From: the human T2T-CHM13v2.0 reference genome, Homo sapiens
Length of the DNA stretch: 64,000 nucleotides
Direction: 5' to 3' (one strand)
NCBI RefSeq assembly: GCF_009914755.1
Contig: NC_060932.1
Part shown: positions 58,861-64,000 of the stretch, one piece after another
Position numbering within the stretch: position 1 is the first letter of the stretch
How the letters are laid out: each line of letters starts with the position of its first letter
Notes under the pieces: model-generated
Database searches by the model: none
What the model saw: the letters and a program-made list of their open reading frames with translations, nothing else
What the model was told of the DNA's origin: nothing
Program-made: the position numbers and the translations under genes

Positions 58861-58898
<38 letters not shown>

Positions 58899-58915
58899 CG
58901 TATATATATATATAC
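58699..58915. repeat. Compound (TG)n/(TA)n microsatellite
   Basis: ~215 bp of TG/TA dinucleotides. Confidence 0.97.
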
Positions 58916-59283
58916 TACAGGATATATACACACCCACTACTTTGCCTTCTTCAAACTACTTGCAGGTAAATATTTCATTTTGATTTGGGTAGTCACAATA
59001 ACTCTGGTTATAAAAGGTACTACTCCACTAATTTTACACTAAAAAAACTATATGCAAAAGAGTTATTAATTTTGTCATACAATAGGTGCTTAATAATTAA
59101 TAGCTATTGATATGGTTGCCTCTGAACTTTACTCATAATATTGACATTGTCAGAGAAGAGTGAGTATGATTTGGGCTACTGGATACATAAATCCAAGTAG
59201 TAAAACATTCTAACATTTCAAGATTCGACTATATCATAAGAAGAGCTAAAAGATTACGTATCTCTCAGTCATAAACAGTTACT

Positions 59284-62200
59284 GAGGAGGGAGGCAGAGC
59301 AAGATGATCAAATAGAAGCCTCCAGTGATTGTCCTCCCTGCAGGAACATCAAATTGATCAACTACCTACACACATAAAAAGCACATTCATAAGAACCAAA
59401 ATCAGGTGAGAAGGTGGACAAGACAGTTGAATAGAAGTCTTCATCAATCATTTCCCCCACACCCCCATAGGGACACCAAATTTAACAACTATCTACACAA
59501 GAAAAGCACCTTCATAAGAACCAAAAATGAGGTAAGCAATCACAGCAATTAGTTTTAACTTTTAATTGTTGAAAGAGACACTGAAGATGGTAGAAAAAAC
59601 AGGCTTGAATCACCAATGCCACCCCTGCTTTATTTCCTGGCAGTGGCCTCCTGGCGTGAAGAATGAATCTGTGCACTTGATGGAGGGAGAGCACAGTGAC
59701 TGTGGGACTTTGCTTTGGAACTGAGTGCTGCCCTGTCACAGCAGAAAGCATTGCCAGGAAGAAATTAGCCAGTACCCATGGACAGAGCATTTAGATTAGC
59801 GCTAGACAGAGGCAAATTGTCCGCCCCAGCAGTCAGAACCTGAGTTATGGCAAGCCTCAACACTGGAAGGTAAAGTGCCCTGGGGTCCTATATAAATTTG
59901 AAAGGCAGTCTAGGCAGGTTCTGGTGCCATGCTGAGCTCAGAGCCAGTGGACATGGCTTACATATGACCTACTGAAACACCAGCTGAGGTGGCCAAGGGC
60001 GTGCAACCTCCCACAACACTAGGCACCAGGAGAGACTCCTTCCCTCTGCTTGAGGATAGGGGAGGGAAGAGTAAAGAAGACTTTGCCTTGCAACATGGAT
60101 ACCAGCTCAACTACAGTAGAATAGGACACTGGGGAGAGTCCTGATGCCCCCCTTCCAGGCCCTAGATCCCAAATGACATTTCTATACACACCTTAAGCAT
60201 AAAGGAATTCATCACCTTGAAGAGAAGGACTCAGTTCTGGCAGGATTCATCACCTGCTGACTAAAGAGCCATTGGGTCCTGAATGATCAGCACCAATACC
60301 CAGGCAGTACTCACCATGGACCTTGGCGAGGCTCTGAGATATGCTCGCTTCAGGTGTAACCCAGCACATTACCAGCTGTAGTTGCTATGGGGAAAGCCTC
60401 CTTCTGCTTGAGAACAGAAGAGGAAAGATGAATTTGTCCTGCAGCTTAGATGCCAGCTCAGCCACAGTTGGGAAGAGCACAAAGTGGGCTCTTAGGATCC
60501 CCGATTCCAGGCCTTAGCTCTTGAATGGCATTTCTGGACCTATCCTGGGCAAGAAGAGAGCCCACTTTCCTGAAGGTTGAGTCCCAGGCCAGGCAGCATT
60601 CACCACAAGCTGACTGAAGAGCCGTTGAGCCTTGCATGAGCATTGATGGTAGCCAGACAGTTTTATGCAGGGCCTGGGGCAGTGGTGGCCACAAAGAAAT
60701 GCTCCTATGATTGTAAAAATGGGAAGGAAGAATGGGAAAGACTTCTCTTGTGTCTTGGGTGCCAGATCAGCTCAAGTAGGAGGAAGCATCAGGTAGATTG
60801 CTAAGGTTTCCAACTCTAGGTCCCAGTTCCCAGATGGCATCTCTGGATCTACCTGGGAAAGGGGGAACTTGCCACCTGAAGGGAAGGAAACAAGGCTGGC
60901 TGGCTTTGTCATTTGATAATTGCAGAGCCCTAGGCCTTGAAAAAACATAGGCAGTAGTGAGGCAGTGGTAACTGTAGGACTTGGGAAAGACACAGTACCA
61001 CACTGGCTTCAAGTCTGACCCAGCACAGTCCCAGTGGTGGTGGCCACGGGGATTATTGTGCCACCTGACCCACAGCTCCAGGCAGCTCAATATAGACTCC
61101 TTTTGTTTGGCAAAATTTAAGGAAGATAATAAGAGTCTCTGCTTTGTAATTAAGAGAATTCTTCTGAATCTTATCCAAGATCACCAAGACGGTACCTCTG
61201 TAAGTCTCCAAGAACCATCACGTTACTGGGCTTGGGTGCCCCCTAATGCAGATATGGCTGTAATAAAACCAAAACTTGGATTACAACACCCAAGTCCCTT
61301 CAAATACGTGAAAAGCCTTCCCAAGATGGATAAGTACAAACAAGCCCAGACTGTGAAGATTATAATAAATGCTTAATTCTTCAATGCCCAGACACCAATG
61401 AACATTCTCAAGTATAGAGACCATCCAAAAAAGATGGTCTCAACAAATAACTAAATAGGGTACAAGGGACCAATTCTGGAGAGACAGAGATATGTAATCT
61501 TTCACACAGCGAATTGAAAATAGCAGTTTTAAAGAACCTCTATGAAATTCAAGATAACAAAGAGAAGGAATTCAGAATTCTATCAGATAAATTTAACAAA
61601 GAGATTGAAATAATTACAAAGAATCAAGCAGAAATTCTGGACTTGAAAACTGCAATTGACATACTGAAGAATGTACCAAAGTATCTTAGTTAGAGAATTG
61701 ATCAAGCAGAAGAATTAGTGTTCTTGAAGACAGGCTATTTAAAAATACTCAGCAAAGAAAAAAAATGACCTGTAATATGTCAAAATAGCCTCAAAAGGGC
61801 AAATATAAGAGTTATTGGTAATAAAGACAGGATACAGAGAGAGATGGGGTAGAAAGTTTATTCAAAGAAATAATAACAGAGAACTTCTCAAACCTAGAGA
61901 AAGATGTCAATATTCACATACAAGAAAGTTATAGAACACCAAGCAGATTTAAACCAAATAAGACTACCTCAAGATATTTAATAATCAGACTCCCAAAGGT
62001 CAAGGATAGATAAAGGATCCTAAAAGCAGCAAGATAATAGAAATAAATGACACAAAATAGAGCTCCAATGCATCTGGCAGCAGACTTTTTAGTGGAAACC
62101 TTGCAGGCCAGGAGAGAGAGGCATGACATATTTAAAGTGTCTAAGGAAAAAAAAAACTTTTACCCTAGAATAGCATATGCAGGAAAAATATCCTTCAAAC

Positions 62201-64000
62201 ATGAAGGAGAAATAAAAGTTCTCCAAGCAAACAAAAGCAGAAGGATTCCATCAACACCAGGCCAGTTCTATAAGAACTGAAAGAAAACTGAAAGAAAAGA
62301 ACATTAATGAGCAATAAAAAATCATCTGAAGGTACAAAACTCATTGGTAATAGTAAGTACACAGAAAAAAAACACATATTGTATCACTGTAATTGTGGTG
62401 TGTAAAATACTGATATCTTTAGTACAAAGAAAAAAGATGAACTGATCAAAATGACAATGACTTTTCAATGCATAGGCAGTACAATAAGATATAAATATAA
62501 CAAGAAAAAATTAAAAGCAGGAAGATAAAATTAAAGTGTAGAGTTTTTAATAGTTTTTTCTTTGCTTGCTTGCTGCTTTGTTTATGCAATATGGTCATCA
62601 GTTTGAACTAATGGCTTAAAAGATATTATCTGCAAGCCTCATAGTAATCTCAAATAAAAATACATACAAAAGATACACAAAAAAATTAAAAGCAAGAGAT
62701 TAAAACTTATCACCAGAGGATAAGTTTTCTCTAAAAGGAAGAAAGGAAGGAAATATAGAAGAAAGGGAAGATGACCAAACAACCAGCAAACAAATAATAA
62801 AATGGCAGGAGTAAGTTCTTACTTATCAAAAATAGCATTAAATGTAAATGGACTAAACACTCCAATCAAAAACATAGAGTGGATAAATGGATTTTTAAAA
62901 AAGACCCAATGATCTGTTGCCTACAAGAAACATGATTCACCTATAAAGACACATATGGACTAAAAATAAAAGAATGGAAAAATATATTCTATGGGGATAG
63001 AAACCAAAAATGAGAACAAATTGCTATATTCATATCATAAAAATAGATTTCAAGACAAAAACTAAAAAGAAACAAGTCATTATTTAATAATAAAGGGATA
63101 AATTCAGCAAAAGAATATAGCAATTGTAAATATATGCACTCAATACTGAAGCATCCAAATATATGAAGCAAATATTATTAGAGATAAAGAGATAGAAAGA
63201 ACACAATACAATACCTGGAAACTCCAGTGCCCCACTTTCAGTATTGGACATGTCATCCAGATTAAAAAATCAATAAAGAAACATGAGAATTAATCTGCAG
63301 TATATATAGATTAATGACCCTAATAGATATTTACAGAAAATTTCATTTCATCTAATGGCTGCAGAATAAACATTCTTCTCATCAGCACAGGGATTATTCT
63401 CAAGAATAGACCATATGTTATGCCACAAAACAAATCTTTAAAAAATAAAAAAAGAAACTATATCAAGTTTCTGTATCAACTAAAAATCAATAACATGAGG
63501 AATTTAAAAAACTATGCAAATGCATGGAACTAAAGCAATATGCTCTCGAATGACCAATGGGTCAGTGAAGAAATTAGGAAGGAAATTAACAAATTTCTTG
63601 AAACAAATAATGATGGAAACACAACACACCAAAACCTATGGGGTACAGCAAAATAAGCACTCAAAGGAAAGTTAATAGCTATAGGTGCCTACATCAAAAA
63701 AGTAGAAAAACTTCAAACAAGCAACCTAACATTGCATCTTAAAGATCTAGAAAAGCAAGAGCAAACCAAACCTAGTTAGTAGAAAAAAATAAATAATAAA
63801 GATCAGAGGAGAAATAAATGAAATGGAAATAAAAGAATACAAGAGATCAATGAATCACGTTTGTTTTTTGAAAAGATAAGCAAAACTGACAAACCATTAG
63901 TCAGACTAATTAATACAAAAAGAGAGAAGACCCAAGTAAATAAAATCAGAGATGAAAAATGAGACATTACAACCAATACTGCTGAAATTCAAAGGATCAT
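59284..64000 (+). mobile_element. L1MA/L1M1-type LINE-1 5' half (long 5' UTR, ORF1, ORF2 start), continues beyond the window
   Basis: 5' start 'gaggcagagcaagatg..caaatagaagcctcc'; ORF1 remnant (LAADFLVETLQARRE..DIFKV...FYPRI.Y.GKISFKHEGEIK); ORF2 start ATGGCAGGAGTAAGT at 62802 (MAGVSSYLSKIALNVNGLN); many stops and frameshifts. Confidence 0.9.

Noticed and set aside
58559-59042. Overlapping 90-124 aa ORFs rich in Y/I/C/V/H/T
   Set aside because: Translations of the (TA)/(TG) microsatellite, which lacks stop codons

Overview
Primate, most likely human/hominoid, non-coding DNA (AluY, L1PA3-like and THE1 elements present). It is AT-rich and CpG-poor, with no recognisable host protein-coding exon, RNA gene or CpG island. 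The window is a layered record of transposable elements: MIR/L2/CR1, old L1M fragments, hAT MERs, many solo LTRs (THE1/MST, MLT1, MLT2A, LTR9-like, MER50-like), a 5'-deleted THE1 provirus, Alus, and L1s. Every long ORF is a broken L1 or THE1 reading frame or a repeat artefact. I found no convincing new gene system. The best-supported unusual signals are structural: two twin-primed (5'-inverted) L1 insertions with TSDs; a multi-switch templated-insertion scar in an L1MA; a 25-bp insert copied from 1.2 kb away; two unexplained diverged local duplications (~155 and ~120 bp); a doubled L1 5' terminus; fold-back palindromes; and a ~190-bp alternating purine-pyrimidine tract. Subfamily names come from my recall of consensus sequences and need RepeatMasker/Dfam confirmation.
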